From positions 4,621 to 68,620 of IMG/VR virus record IMGVR_UViG_3300017743_000004: DNA of 64,000 nucleotides; one strand, 5' to 3'. Below are positions 1 through 9,490 of this stretch, piece by piece. Within the stretch, counting starts at the first letter, position 1. Each line of letters begins with the position of its first letter. The notes under the pieces are model-generated. The model was not told where the DNA came from. It searched no databases and saw nothing but the letters and a program-made list of their open reading frames with translations. A program made the translations under genes and the position numbers. Source of the stretch: a virus.

Positions 1-2
1 AA

Positions 3-881
3 AATGAAAGAGTACCCAACAATATTATTTTTATAGACTCTTTAAACCCAGGCGAAACATCAGAAAAAACAAAATCAGAGGCTGTTTTAGAGCTAGAAAA
101 TCAAATTGAAGATCTCCAAAATCAATTAGCTGAGTTTACTGCACCTGTTGAAAAAATAGATAGAGCAATTACTAGAATACGTAATTCGGCATTTGATAAA
201 GAATTTGCAGAGTGGTTTACAAAACAAAGAAACTTCCCAACCTCTAATGATATTTTAGAAGAGGTTTTTGGACTTAGAAATAATGTTAGAGGAAACTATC
301 AATTTGCCCCCCAAGGTAAACCATATCCGAGATCTTTTGAAGGGTTTGCTGCTTGGATCGCCGAGAATTCTTTTATTTTAGGGGATTATGTTAAAATTTT
401 AGAAAAAGAAAAAAGAGAATTATTAGTTAATAGAGGACGTGTAAATGAAAAACTTATTAGTTTAGAAAATCGTCTTGAAATAATATTAGCTCAAAATTTC
501 TTTAATACAAATATTTCTGGGTTTAGCACATTAGCTAAAGGATCACCTTCATTCTTCCCAACTATTCAACAAATATTCAAAAAAGGTGATTCTGTAAATC
601 TTTTATCATATGAGGCTTCCTCAATAATAGCGAGTGGTTCAATTCCATTAGTAACTAGAACTGTAGCAGGTTTTAGTTCTTCAATTGAAACTATAGTATT
701 TGAAGATAAAAGACCTTTCCCACCAGCATTATTTCCAACAGGAAAAGGAGCAATATTTTCAACATTTTCTTCTCCTGTTATTAATCGTAATATAATTGAT
801 ATTACAAAACAAATAGGAAATAATGGAGATAGTGTTATTGTAGGAAATCAAATAACACAACTCCGAGGAAGAGGTGATTAA
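3..881 (+). CDS. 3' part of a probable virion/baseplate structural protein (truncated by window start)
   Basis: Not in ORF track. Frame 3 is open from nt 3 (NERVPNNIIF...) to TAA at 879-881; lies directly upstream of structural genes. Confidence 0.7.
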   Translation, partial: NERVPNNIIFIDSLNPGETSEKTKSEAVLELENQIEDLQNQLAEFTAPVEKIDRAITRIRNSAFDKEFAEWFTKQRNFPTSNDILEEVFGLRNNVRGNYQFAPQGKPYPRSFEGFAAWIAENSFILGDYVKILEKEKRELLVNRGRVNEKLISLENRLEIILAQNFFNTNISGFSTLAKGSPSFFPTIQQIFKKGDSVNLLSYEASSIIASGSIPLVTRTVAGFSSSIETIVFEDKRPFPPALFPTGKGAIFSTFSSPVINRNIIDITKQIGNNGDSVIVGNQITQLRGRGD

Positions 882-896
882 AAATAAAAACAACAC

Positions 897-904
897 ATAT
901 TTAT
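897..904 (+). promoter_or_regulatory. putative late promoter core ATATTTAT
   Basis: Recurrent motif, 19 nt before ATG at 924. Confidence 0.65.
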
Positions 905-923
905 TAACAAACATTAATATAAA

Positions 924-1577
924 ATGAGATATTTAAATAATTCTATAGTTACTGTAGACGCTATCTTAACTAAAAAAGGTAGAGAATTATTAGCTAAAAA
1001 TGATGGTTCATTTAGAATCACACAATTTGCATTAGCAGATGATGAAATCGATTATACACTCTACAATCCTACACACCCTTCAGGAAGTGCTTTCTTCGGG
1101 GAAGCAATTGAAAACATGCCTTTATTAGAGGCCTTTCCCAATGAAACCCAAATTATGAAATACAAGCTTACTACTCTCCCCAGAGGAACATCTCGTTTGC
1201 CTATTTTGGATCTTGGATTATCTTCTGTAGTAATTAGACAAGGAGCTAGTTTAGCAATTACACCTGAAACCTTAAACTATTTAGGTGGTAACCAATCCGA
1301 ATCTTCAGGATATACATTTACAATTTCTGATGTAAGACTATTTGGCAATTTTGAAGGGGTTGGAATTGATACTGCTGAAGCTAATAATGCTAATTCTGCT
1401 ACAACTTTAGGAACTAACGTATCCAGAACTGTAGTAGGTACTACATTGAATTTAAGAGCAACAACTATAAATACTCTATTTGGTGTAAGAGATGATTTAA
1501 GTGCCACATTAGTAGTAACAGGAAGAGATTCAGGTGCAAGAATAACAGTACCTGTAACTGTAAATAAAATATCTTAA
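924..1577 (+). CDS. putative baseplate/tail structural protein
   Basis: LTKKGRELLA...ITQFALADDEIDY start resembles N-termini of myovirus baseplate/tail-collar proteins; Thr/Val-rich beta-sheet C-terminus; structural context. Confidence 0.55.
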   Translation: MRYLNNSIVTVDAILTKKGRELLAKNDGSFRITQFALADDEIDYTLYNPTHPSGSAFFGEAIENMPLLEAFPNETQIMKYKLTTLPRGTSRLPILDLGLSSVVIRQGASLAITPETLNYLGGNQSESSGYTFTISDVRLFGNFEGVGIDTAEANNANSATTLGTNVSRTVVGTTLNLRATTINTLFGVRDDLSATLVVTGRDSGARITVPVTVNKIS

Positions 1578-1579
1578 TT

Positions 1580-2605
1580 ATGTCATTTAAAAGATTAGAA
1601 ACAGACGATTTTGTAATTTCAGCTGATGCTATTACAGGGGTATGTTGGGATAAAGGAGTTACTACTCTAACTAACTTTTTTACCTCATCTATCCAAAAAG
1701 CATCAACATCCGGGGATTATTATTTAAATGTAACAGATGGACCTCCATCTTCTTTATCTGAATCAATTCAATTCGCTATTGCTTATGGGCAAAAAGATGG
1801 GAGTGGTTCAATCCCATTTAATTCAGATTTAACAGGTAAATCCCCAACAAAAACCATTTATGGTCAATATAGAACCATGATCAATGAGGATGAAAATACT
1901 GATTTTGCCTTTGGGGATTTTGTTTCAACTGAATTTTATGCTCTATCAATAGATAGATCCCGCTTCAAAGAATCATTACTCCCAGGCTCTTTAAATTTAC
2001 ATATATCAGGTGCTTTATGTCCGATCCATTTAACTGATAATTCTAAAGATGTAGCTTCTTCAACTTTCATAGGTTCAAATAGAGTTTTTCAATTAGTTTC
2101 GGGATCAAATGGTAGCGCATTTACAGATAGTAATATTTTTACAAATGGGTTCTCAAAACAATCTGGGTCTTACGGATGGTTTTTACCTGATACAGGATTA
2201 ATATTATTAAATGCTACAGCATTATCTGCTTCAGCAGCAGGTGGGGGATGTGGTTTACCCGTTACTAGAGAAGTAAATAGTAATGCAACAAATAACGAAG
2301 TATTATTTAATGCTATATCAGCATCCGCTAATTTTCAACTTAACTCCCAAGAAACTATCACATCAGATTTTGTATTTGTGCGTCCTCGTAGTTCAGAATT
2401 TAATTACTCAGGAAACCCCTCATATATTTCAGGCTCAACCGGAGAAGTAGTTTATAATGATTTTATAGATAATCCCCAAACATTTATTACTACAGTAGGG
2501 TTATATAATGATACAAACGATTTATTAGCTGTAGCTAAATTATCTAAACCATTAATTAAAGACTTTACTAAAGAATCCTTAATTCGCGTTAAGCTAGACT
2601 TTTAA
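1580..2605 (+). CDS. putative baseplate wedge / tail-collar protein
   Basis: C-terminal ITTVGLYNDTNDLLAVAKLSKP resembles tail-collar/baseplate motif; paralogous C-terminus with next gene. Confidence 0.55.
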   Translation: MSFKRLETDDFVISADAITGVCWDKGVTTLTNFFTSSIQKASTSGDYYLNVTDGPPSSLSESIQFAIAYGQKDGSGSIPFNSDLTGKSPTKTIYGQYRTMINEDENTDFAFGDFVSTEFYALSIDRSRFKESLLPGSLNLHISGALCPIHLTDNSKDVASSTFIGSNRVFQLVSGSNGSAFTDSNIFTNGFSKQSGSYGWFLPDTGLILLNATALSASAAGGGCGLPVTREVNSNATNNEVLFNAISASANFQLNSQETITSDFVFVRPRSSEFNYSGNPSYISGSTGEVVYNDFIDNPQTFITTVGLYNDTNDLLAVAKLSKPLIKDFTKESLIRVKLDF

Positions 2606-2610
2606 AATGA

Positions 2611-3489
2611 ATGAGCGCATTCAAACAATTTTTAGCACAGGACGTATTAGTATCTCCATTTGAGGTAAATAAAGGATTTTCCTTTACAAGTGAATCATTT
2701 TTAGATTCTGATGTTGGTATTGTAGTATTAGATGGAGTTTCCGGGAGTTTTTTAACCAACCAGGATACTACTAGTATAGGTGATTATCAAGAATTTAAAA
2801 CACTTGTATTTAATTCTATAAAACATCTATATTATTCAAATTATAGTGTTTCTTCATCAGGTGATCCAATTTCACTACCAACAGACATAAGAGGATCTCA
2901 ACCAGAAGGGGATAGAATCCAAGGAGGTAGACCTTATCCAAACTTTGATAATTACCTACAATCTACATTACATTTTAATAGATATACCCCCTCTATTTCT
3001 TCATCAGTATTATCCATTCCTTCTAAATTATATGGGGACCAAATACAACCTCATTCATTTAAATTAACAGATGGTACTACTACTTTTACAGATGATGGGG
3101 AAGGAAATATATTAAATAATAATGCTATTGTAGGAAATATATTTTACCCTCATGGCATAGCCGTAGTAACCTCAGGCTCAACAAACATAGATTTTGTAAC
3201 TGGGTCTGTTACTTGTTCATTCTCATCCTCTAGGACTATCTATGAAACCCAATATAAATGTACTTTAAGAGAAAATGAATTTAATTTTACTCAAAATCCT
3301 TCAATAGTAGAAGGATCCTTATCTGGATCCCTACGAGGGTTTGCAACTGCATCATACTTTGAACCCTACATAACCACAATAGGGTTATATGATGAAGCCC
3401 AAAATCTATTAGCAGTAGGTAAATTAGCAATCCCATACCCATCCCCCAGATCAACAGATACAACTTTTATAATTAATTTAGATAGATAA
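2611..3489 (+). CDS. putative baseplate wedge / tail-collar protein (paralog of previous)
   Basis: C-terminal EFNFTQNPS...ITTIGLYDEAQNLLAVGKL aligns with EFNYSGNPS...ITTVGLYNDTNDLLAVAKL of 1580..2605. Confidence 0.55.
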   Translation: MSAFKQFLAQDVLVSPFEVNKGFSFTSESFLDSDVGIVVLDGVSGSFLTNQDTTSIGDYQEFKTLVFNSIKHLYYSNYSVSSSGDPISLPTDIRGSQPEGDRIQGGRPYPNFDNYLQSTLHFNRYTPSISSSVLSIPSKLYGDQIQPHSFKLTDGTTTFTDDGEGNILNNNAIVGNIFYPHGIAVVTSGSTNIDFVTGSVTCSFSSSRTIYETQYKCTLRENEFNFTQNPSIVEGSLSGSLRGFATASYFEPYITTIGLYDEAQNLLAVGKLAIPYPSPRSTDTTFIINLDR

Positions 3490-3960
3490 ATGTGGCAGTA
3501 TAAACAACAAGTTATAGAATCAGTGGAAGATGTTCCTAAAGATGTTTTTGGTTTTATTTATAGAGTAGTACATGAACCCACAGGACAAATTTACATAGGT
3601 AAAAAAGTACTTTATTTTAACCTAAAACGTAAACTCACTAAAAAAGATTTAGAGATTTACGAGGGTGTTCAGGGTAGAAAACCTAAATTTAAAGTAATAC
3701 AAAAAGAATCAGATTGGAAAACTTATTATGGTTCTAATACCCAAATCAAACAATGGGTTAAAGAAGGAAAACAAGAAGAATTAAAAAGAGAAATTTTAGC
3801 TTGGGGATTGGATAAAAAGCACTTAACTTACCTCGAAACAAAGTACTTGTTTATGTACGAGGTATTAGAAAAAGAAGAATTCCTTAATGATAACATATTA
3901 GGGAAGTTCTTCAAAAAAGATTTTGATGACAAACCAACTGCTACTCTCATTAACCAATAA
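3490..3960 (+). CDS. GIY-YIG family endonuclease
   Basis: GFIYRV...IYIGKK, YYGS, conserved E (YLETKY) and C-terminal N (LNDNI). Confidence 0.75.
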   Translation: MWQYKQQVIESVEDVPKDVFGFIYRVVHEPTGQIYIGKKVLYFNLKRKLTKKDLEIYEGVQGRKPKFKVIQKESDWKTYYGSNTQIKQWVKEGKQEELKREILAWGLDKKHLTYLETKYLFMYEVLEKEEFLNDNILGKFFKKDFDDKPTATLINQ

Positions 3961-4855
3961 AGTTTTAGGAGAAGGCAAACCCACAGCAAGAAATAATTAC
4001 GCGTATAGCTGTCCATTTTGCAATCACCATAAACCAAAACTAGAGGTTAACTTAACAGAAAATAAACAGGGGTTCCATCCTTGGCATTGTTGGGCATGTG
4101 ATAAAAAGGGCAAAACAGTCCTATCACTCTTTAATCAATCTAAGACCCACCCAGATTTTATTTTAGAATTAAAAACTATAGTAAAATACGATTCGGGTAA
4201 TACCACAGAAAAGAAACGAGAACAATTAAAGTTACCTGATGATTTTGTTTCTTTAAAATCTGTTACTAAAAGCGATATTATTGGCAGACACGCGCTTGCA
4301 TATTTAAAAAAGAGAAATGTCACTATAGACGATATTATACGCCATAACATTGGTTATTGCACTAAAGGACGGTATAAAAACATGGTAGTTATACCATCCT
4401 ATAATGAAGATGGATCTTTAAATTTTTTCGTAGGAAGATCATTTACCGAATCTCATATTAAATATCTTAATCCATCTATTTCTAAAGATTTCATCCCATT
4501 TGAAAACACTATTAATTGGAATTTACCTATTATTATATGTGAAGGGATGTTTGATGCTATTTCTATAAAAAGAAATACCATACCATTATTAGGTAAAATA
4601 TTTCCTCAACCTTTATTAAAAAAACTTGCTTCCTCTCAAGTACAAAAAGTATACATTGCCCTAGATAAAGATGCTTTAAAACAGTCTTTAAAATTCTGTG
4701 AGTATCTCCTAAATGAAGGGAAAAAAGTATATTTGGTTGATTTAGATCAAAAAGATCCAAGTGAGATGGGTTTTGAGGCTTTTACTAATCTGGTTCAGAA
4801 AACCAACTCCTTAACATTTTACGATTTAATGGAGAAAAAAATAAGTTTATTATGA
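3923..4855 (+). CDS. DNA primase (Zn finger + TOPRIM)
   Basis: CPFCNH...HCWAC zinc-binding domain; YLKKR; ICEGMFDA and ALDKDA TOPRIM motifs; KDPSE. Confidence 0.9.
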   Translation: MMTNQLLLSLTNKVLGEGKPTARNNYAYSCPFCNHHKPKLEVNLTENKQGFHPWHCWACDKKGKTVLSLFNQSKTHPDFILELKTIVKYDSGNTTEKKREQLKLPDDFVSLKSVTKSDIIGRHALAYLKKRNVTIDDIIRHNIGYCTKGRYKNMVVIPSYNEDGSLNFFVGRSFTESHIKYLNPSISKDFIPFENTINWNLPIIICEGMFDAISIKRNTIPLLGKIFPQPLLKKLASSQVQKVYIALDKDALKQSLKFCEYLLNEGKKVYLVDLDQKDPSEMGFEAFTNLVQKTNSLTFYDLMEKKISLL

Positions 4856-5613
4856 ATAACAAAAAGATAGAAAGAGTTTTAGAAATATCTAAAGACTCTA
4901 AACAAATTACCCTCCCCAATTCCAGATACTATCAAAGAAATGGAGAGTATTATCCTTCAATTACCCATGTTTTATCACATTACCCTAAAGGAAGATATTT
5001 TGAAGATTGGTTAAAAAAGGTAGGTTATAGTTCAGAATATATTGTAAAGAAAGCCTCCGAAGATGGTACTAAAGTTCATAATATGATTGAACTTTATCTA
5101 AATGGCGAGGAATTTCATTTTTTAAATGCTGAAGGCATACCTCAATATGATATTGAAATTTGGAAGCTATTTTTAAAATTTGTTGAGTTTTGGGAAGAAT
5201 ATGAGCCCACATTACTAGAAACTGAAGTACATTTGTTCTCTGACAAACTCAAAGTAGCAGGTACCTGTGATATGGTATGTGAAATGAATAATCAATTGTG
5301 GATTGTAGATTTTAAGACTTCAAACCATGTCCATTCAACATATGATTTGCAAGCAGCAGTTTACGGTCAATGTTTTGAAGAATGTTATGGTATAAAGCCT
5401 GACCGTTATGGTATTCTGTGGTTAAAGTCATCTAAACGTGGTCCTTGGGGAACTAAAATCCAAGGTAAAGGATGGGAAATGTACGAATCTAAGCGTTCAC
5501 AAGAAGAAAATTTAGAGATATTTAATGCTTTACATAAAATCTTTAAAGTAGAGAATCCAAATGCAGTACCTGCGTTTGAAGAATATCCAACTCACATTAA
5601 ACGAAAAGTCTAA
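4852..5613 (+). CDS. PD-(D/E)XK family exonuclease
   Basis: YYPSIT, GTKVH, AGTCD, IVDFKTS, QAAVY motifs typical of phage RecB/Cas4-like exonucleases. Confidence 0.85.
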   Translation: MNNKKIERVLEISKDSKQITLPNSRYYQRNGEYYPSITHVLSHYPKGRYFEDWLKKVGYSSEYIVKKASEDGTKVHNMIELYLNGEEFHFLNAEGIPQYDIEIWKLFLKFVEFWEEYEPTLLETEVHLFSDKLKVAGTCDMVCEMNNQLWIVDFKTSNHVHSTYDLQAAVYGQCFEECYGIKPDRYGILWLKSSKRGPWGTKIQGKGWEMYESKRSQEENLEIFNALHKIFKVENPNAVPAFEEYPTHIKRKV

Positions 5614-5620
5614 TATTTAT
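5613..5620 (+). promoter_or_regulatory. putative late promoter core ATATTTAT
   Basis: Overlaps upstream TAA; 10 nt before ATG at 5631. Confidence 0.65.
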
Positions 5621-5630
5621 TATCAAAAGT

Positions 5631-6428
5631 ATGATTTCTCTAGTTTCACTTTTAAAAGAAGCTGTTTCGTCCCCCAAAGCTATTATATTAGCAGGCGCAC
5701 CTGGAGCAGGAAAAGGTTCAGTATTAAAAGGACTAGATTTATCAGGCTTAAAAACATTTAACTTAGATAATAAGTTTATTGAATTATTAAAAACATCAAA
5801 TGTATCCCTTGATTTAAAATCAGGGGACGCAGAATCAAGATCTAAGGCGGCACAAGCAATGGCCGCCGCAACTAAAAATCTTAAAACAGAACTCATCCCC
5901 CAGGCTATTGAAAATAAACAATCCTTTATATTGGATGGTACTGCAGCTTCCTCTAAACAAACTTTAGAATTAAAAAGTCAATTAGAAAAAGTAGGGTATG
6001 AGGTGATGATGTTGTATGTGTATACTGATTTAGAAACATCTTTAAAACGAAATCAAGAACGATTTGAAAAGTCAGGTGGGGAAGATAGATCATTGATGCC
6101 TTCCATTGTTTTAACTACATGGAATAGTGTAACTAAAAACTTTGATACATATAAGAACGAATTTGAAAATTTTGTTTCTGTAGCAAACACAGGTAAAAGT
6201 GAGACTTTAAAGGACATTAAACAAATTTTAGATAAGTATGTTGAACCTTTTAGACCTACAGATACTAAACCTAAAACTGACAAAGAAGAAGAACGTTCTA
6301 GAAAACAAGCCGAAAAGCTTAATCAAGAAGTACAACAATTTTTATCCTCGGATAAAGTAAAAGATATAATTGACTCTTCTGTTTCTTCAGAGGAAGCTCA
6401 ATCTAAAATTAACGCATTCCTTAAATGA
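5631..6428 (+). CDS. zeta-toxin/AAA_33-like P-loop kinase with N-terminal leader
   Basis: GAPGAGKG Walker A; FILDGT; YVYTDLETSLKRNQER lid; leader MISLVSLLKE. Confidence 0.75.
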   Translation: MISLVSLLKEAVSSPKAIILAGAPGAGKGSVLKGLDLSGLKTFNLDNKFIELLKTSNVSLDLKSGDAESRSKAAQAMAAATKNLKTELIPQAIENKQSFILDGTAASSKQTLELKSQLEKVGYEVMMLYVYTDLETSLKRNQERFEKSGGEDRSLMPSIVLTTWNSVTKNFDTYKNEFENFVSVANTGKSETLKDIKQILDKYVEPFRPTDTKPKTDKEEERSRKQAEKLNQEVQQFLSSDKVKDIIDSSVSSEEAQSKINAFLK

Positions 6429-9400
6429 AAAAACTCGTAGAATCTTTAGTAAATGCCGTTTTAGAGGCAGATGAAAAAGTTATTGGAATCTATGGTGGTG
6501 GATTTAAACCACCTACAGCAGGCCATTACGAGGTAATTGAAAATATCCTTAAAACTAACCCCCAGCTAGATAAACTTTACATAGCCGTAGGGCAAAAAGA
6601 AAGAGATGGTATTACACAAGCAGATTCACTTTTAGTGTTTGATGTTTATAAAAAATATTTTCCATTTAAAGTAGAATTTGTACCTGTAAAATCAGTTTAC
6701 AATTATATTAAAGATTTTGTTGAGGAAAATCCTGATAAAACAGTAATTGCTTTTAGAGGAGCGAGGGAAGGACAAGAAGAAGATTTAGTGGATAACGAGA
6801 CATTTAAAATGTTTTTAGATCGTTACGCACCTGATGTTGAATATAAGCAAGTTAAAACATTAATAACTGGTGTTTCAGGTACTAAAGCTAGACAAGCATT
6901 AAAATCAGGTAATAAAGAAAAATTCTTTAAATATTTACCTACATCTTTATCAAATCTAGATAGAGATAAAATTTACGATATTTTAACTGCTACAGTAGAG
7001 GAAAATGCTAAAAAAGCAGCTATAAATGCCTACTCAAGAGAATTAGCCTTAGGGTTAGAAGAACAACAAGGTAAAACCGGATACAGAGCCGGCTCTATAA
7101 ACCCAAAACTTCCTCAAGAAAGATTAAAAGACAGAGGATTTGCTATTAATCGCTCAACTACAGGTTTATTAGGTACAGGATTTTATTTTTACGGAGATAA
7201 AGATCAAGCTGTAACATCCACCAAAGATGATGGGAGAGATAAATACACAGAAATTGATCTATCTCAATATAAACTCTTTACCCCCTCTAACCCAGAAAAA
7301 TTCTATAATGTAATTAAGAATTTAACACTGTTGTTAACAGATCTTATTTTTGATGAGAAAGTAAATTTTGAAGATGAAAATGTAACTAAACAATTAGATT
7401 TATACTCAAGTTATTTATCTAAAGAATTAGGATTATCTGATTTAGAAATTGAATTAGCAGCACAATCTTTTATAGATGATGTTTCCCAATCTAAAGATGG
7501 TGTTTTATTATCTAATCGTATCTTAAGTGATTATGATGGTATAGATTTAACAGGTACCTCATTAGATAATTTTGCAGTTGGTAGTTTAATATTTGATGGT
7601 AAGCTAAAGCCTGGATCTTATACTTCAACTAAAATACAAGATTTAGAGGAAGTTGGTGAAGCTTCTCAAAAACCTTACAAATGGTCTAAATCAGAATCTT
7701 CTCGTTTTCCTGGTACTATAGATTATAGTTTTATAACAGATAAAGATACCGAATATCAAGCTTATTTTGCCCCTACCTCACCAGGATTTTATGAATTTGG
7801 GTTTAGTGCAGAAGATGGTGATTTATCAGCAACTATAAATAAAGGTGAATTGTTTAGAGTAATGTCTACCATAGTAGATATTATGAAAGATTTTGTAACA
7901 ACAACACCATGGGATAGAATTGAATTTGAAGGATCTAAAGACTTTGAAAGAGTCGAGAAGGGCGTAGAAGATAAGCGTAGAGATAAACTATATAGAGCCT
8001 ATCTTAAAAAGAACCTCTCCAACTTCCCAAATATAGATGTTTTCGTACAAGGTGGTGTAACTTACTTATACAATGAAGATGAGAACAGTTTAACTGAAGT
8101 TGGTGAAGCTACTCAAAAACCATATAAATGGACAGTAAAAAGAAGTTACTGGGAGCCAACATTAATGGAAATTACTTATAGTTTTACTACAGATAAAGGT
8201 ATAAAATATGAAGCATTATTCTACGAAAATGCAGATTATCGGTTTGATTTTCTGTTTTATCCTGAAGATGGAACTGCACTGGATGTTGTAAATAAAGGTG
8301 AATTGTTTAGAGTAATGTCTACCATAGTAGATATTATGAAAGACTTTATAAAAAAAGAAAAATGGAGTGTAATAGAATATTCCTCAGCTAAACAATATGA
8401 GGATGATGACCGTAGAGAAAAATTATATACTGCTTACTTAAAAAAGAATCTCCCTGATGGTATTAGAGCAGAGGAAATGGGTGATGGAGATATTATGTTA
8501 ACAAACCTAAATTTAAAGGAAGCAGACCCTAAAAAAGGTACAGGTAAAAAGCCAAAAGGCAGTGGGCGCAGATTATACACAGATGAAAACCCAAAAGATA
8601 CAGTAAGCATCAAATTCTCTACTAGACAAGATATTGTAGATACCTTAAATAAAAAATCATTTAAAGCTAAATCACATGCTCGCCAATCCCAGATTATCAA
8701 CCTTATTCATCAAAGGGTAAGAGCAGCATATGGTAGAGCAAAAGATCCTGCTGTTAAAAAACGTTTAAAAACAGCTTTAGATTATATTACAAAACGTAAA
8801 GAAGCATCTAAGAAAAAAACCCAACGTTTAAAAAAAGTAAGCGAAGGTGATACTTATGAAAAAATGGCTGCTAAAGGTAAAAAAGCAGGTAATTTAAAAC
8901 AGGGTACTGTTAGAAAAAGATTAGGCATTAAAAAAGGTGAAAAAGTTCCAATGTCTAAAATTAATAAAGAAATCTCCCGTTTAAAGAAAATGGACAAAGA
9001 TAAAGATAAAAAAGGTGTACAATTGGGGGATAAGAACCAAAAATATTATAAAGCCCTACAATTATCTAAAACTTTAAAGTCCACAACTAACATTAGAGAA
9101 GATATGAATGATACAGATGGGGAATTCCAAAAATTATTATCATCTTTAAGTGATTTTTTAAAACAAAAATTAGAATTAAAATCATTACCAAACTTAGAAT
9201 ATATTGATGATGATGTTGAAAACGCTGAAAATATTCTCGGGAATACTGCTTATTATAATCCTAATACCTCTACTATTGTTTTATACACCAAAGGAAGACA
9301 CCCTAAAGACATATTAAGGAGCTACGCTCACGAAATGATACATCATAAGCAAAACGAGGATGGTAAATTCGATGGCAGTATTAACACTTTTAATATCAAC

Positions 9401-9490
9401 CAAGACGACTATCTAAAACAAATAGAGGAGGAAGCATATTTAAACGGAAATATTTTATTTAGAAGTTGGGAAAACACTGTAGAAAAATGA
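6425..9490 (+). CDS. multidomain polyprotein: HxGH nucleotidyltransferase, ADP-ribosyltransferase-like module, two tandem repeats, two basic modules, HExxH metallopeptidase
   Basis: GGGFKPPTAGH and SGTKAR (cytidylyltransferase-like); GYRAG...LGTGFYF (ART-like, weaker call); duplicated EVGEAxQKPYKW module; AHEMIHHKQ...EEEAY zincin motif. Confidence 0.7.
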   Translation: MKKLVESLVNAVLEADEKVIGIYGGGFKPPTAGHYEVIENILKTNPQLDKLYIAVGQKERDGITQADSLLVFDVYKKYFPFKVEFVPVKSVYNYIKDFVEENPDKTVIAFRGAREGQEEDLVDNETFKMFLDRYAPDVEYKQVKTLITGVSGTKARQALKSGNKEKFFKYLPTSLSNLDRDKIYDILTATVEENAKKAAINAYSRELALGLEEQQGKTGYRAGSINPKLPQERLKDRGFAINRSTTGLLGTGFYFYGDKDQAVTSTKDDGRDKYTEIDLSQYKLFTPSNPEKFYNVIKNLTLLLTDLIFDEKVNFEDENVTKQLDLYSSYLSKELGLSDLEIELAAQSFIDDVSQSKDGVLLSNRILSDYDGIDLTGTSLDNFAVGSLIFDGKLKPGSYTSTKIQDLEEVGEASQKPYKWSKSESSRFPGTIDYSFITDKDTEYQAYFAPTSPGFYEFGFSAEDGDLSATINKGELFRVMSTIVDIMKDFVTTTPWDRIEFEGSKDFERVEKGVEDKRRDKLYRAYLKKNLSNFPNIDVFVQGGVTYLYNEDENSLTEVGEATQKPYKWTVKRSYWEPTLMEITYSFTTDKGIKYEALFYENADYRFDFLFYPEDGTALDVVNKGELFRVMSTIVDIMKDFIKKEKWSVIEYSSAKQYEDDDRREKLYTAYLKKNLPDGIRAEEMGDGDIMLTNLNLKEADPKKGTGKKPKGSGRRLYTDENPKDTVSIKFSTRQDIVDTLNKKSFKAKSHARQSQIINLIHQRVRAAYGRAKDPAVKKRLKTALDYITKRKEASKKKTQRLKKVSEGDTYEKMAAKGKKAGNLKQGTVRKRLGIKKGEKVPMSKINKEISRLKKMDKDKDKKGVQLGDKNQKYYKALQLSKTLKSTTNIREDMNDTDGEFQKLLSSLSDFLKQKLELKSLPNLEYIDDDVENAENILGNTAYYNPNTSTIVLYTKGRHPKDILRSYAHEMIHHKQNEDGKFDGSINTFNINQDDYLKQIEEEAYLNGNILFRSWENTVEK
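7836..8343 (+). repeat. 55-bp perfect direct repeat inside two diverged ~149-aa modules
   Basis: TAAATAAAGGTGAATTGTTTAGAGTAATGTCTACCATAGTAGATATTATGAAAGA at 7836-7890 and 8289-8343. Confidence 0.95.

Noticed and set aside
4852-5613. Cas4 / CRISPR-associated nuclease
   Set aside because: No four-Cys Fe-S pattern, array or other cas genes; typical stand-alone phage exonuclease next to primase.
5631-6428. Toxin-antitoxin (epsilon/zeta) module
   Set aside because: No adjacent antitoxin-like gene; context and leader fit a late phage kinase.
7836-8343. 55-bp repeat as CRISPR array or DGR template/variable repeat
   Set aside because: Only two copies, in frame within a duplicated domain, identical (no adenine-specific changes), and no reverse transcriptase or cas genes in the window.
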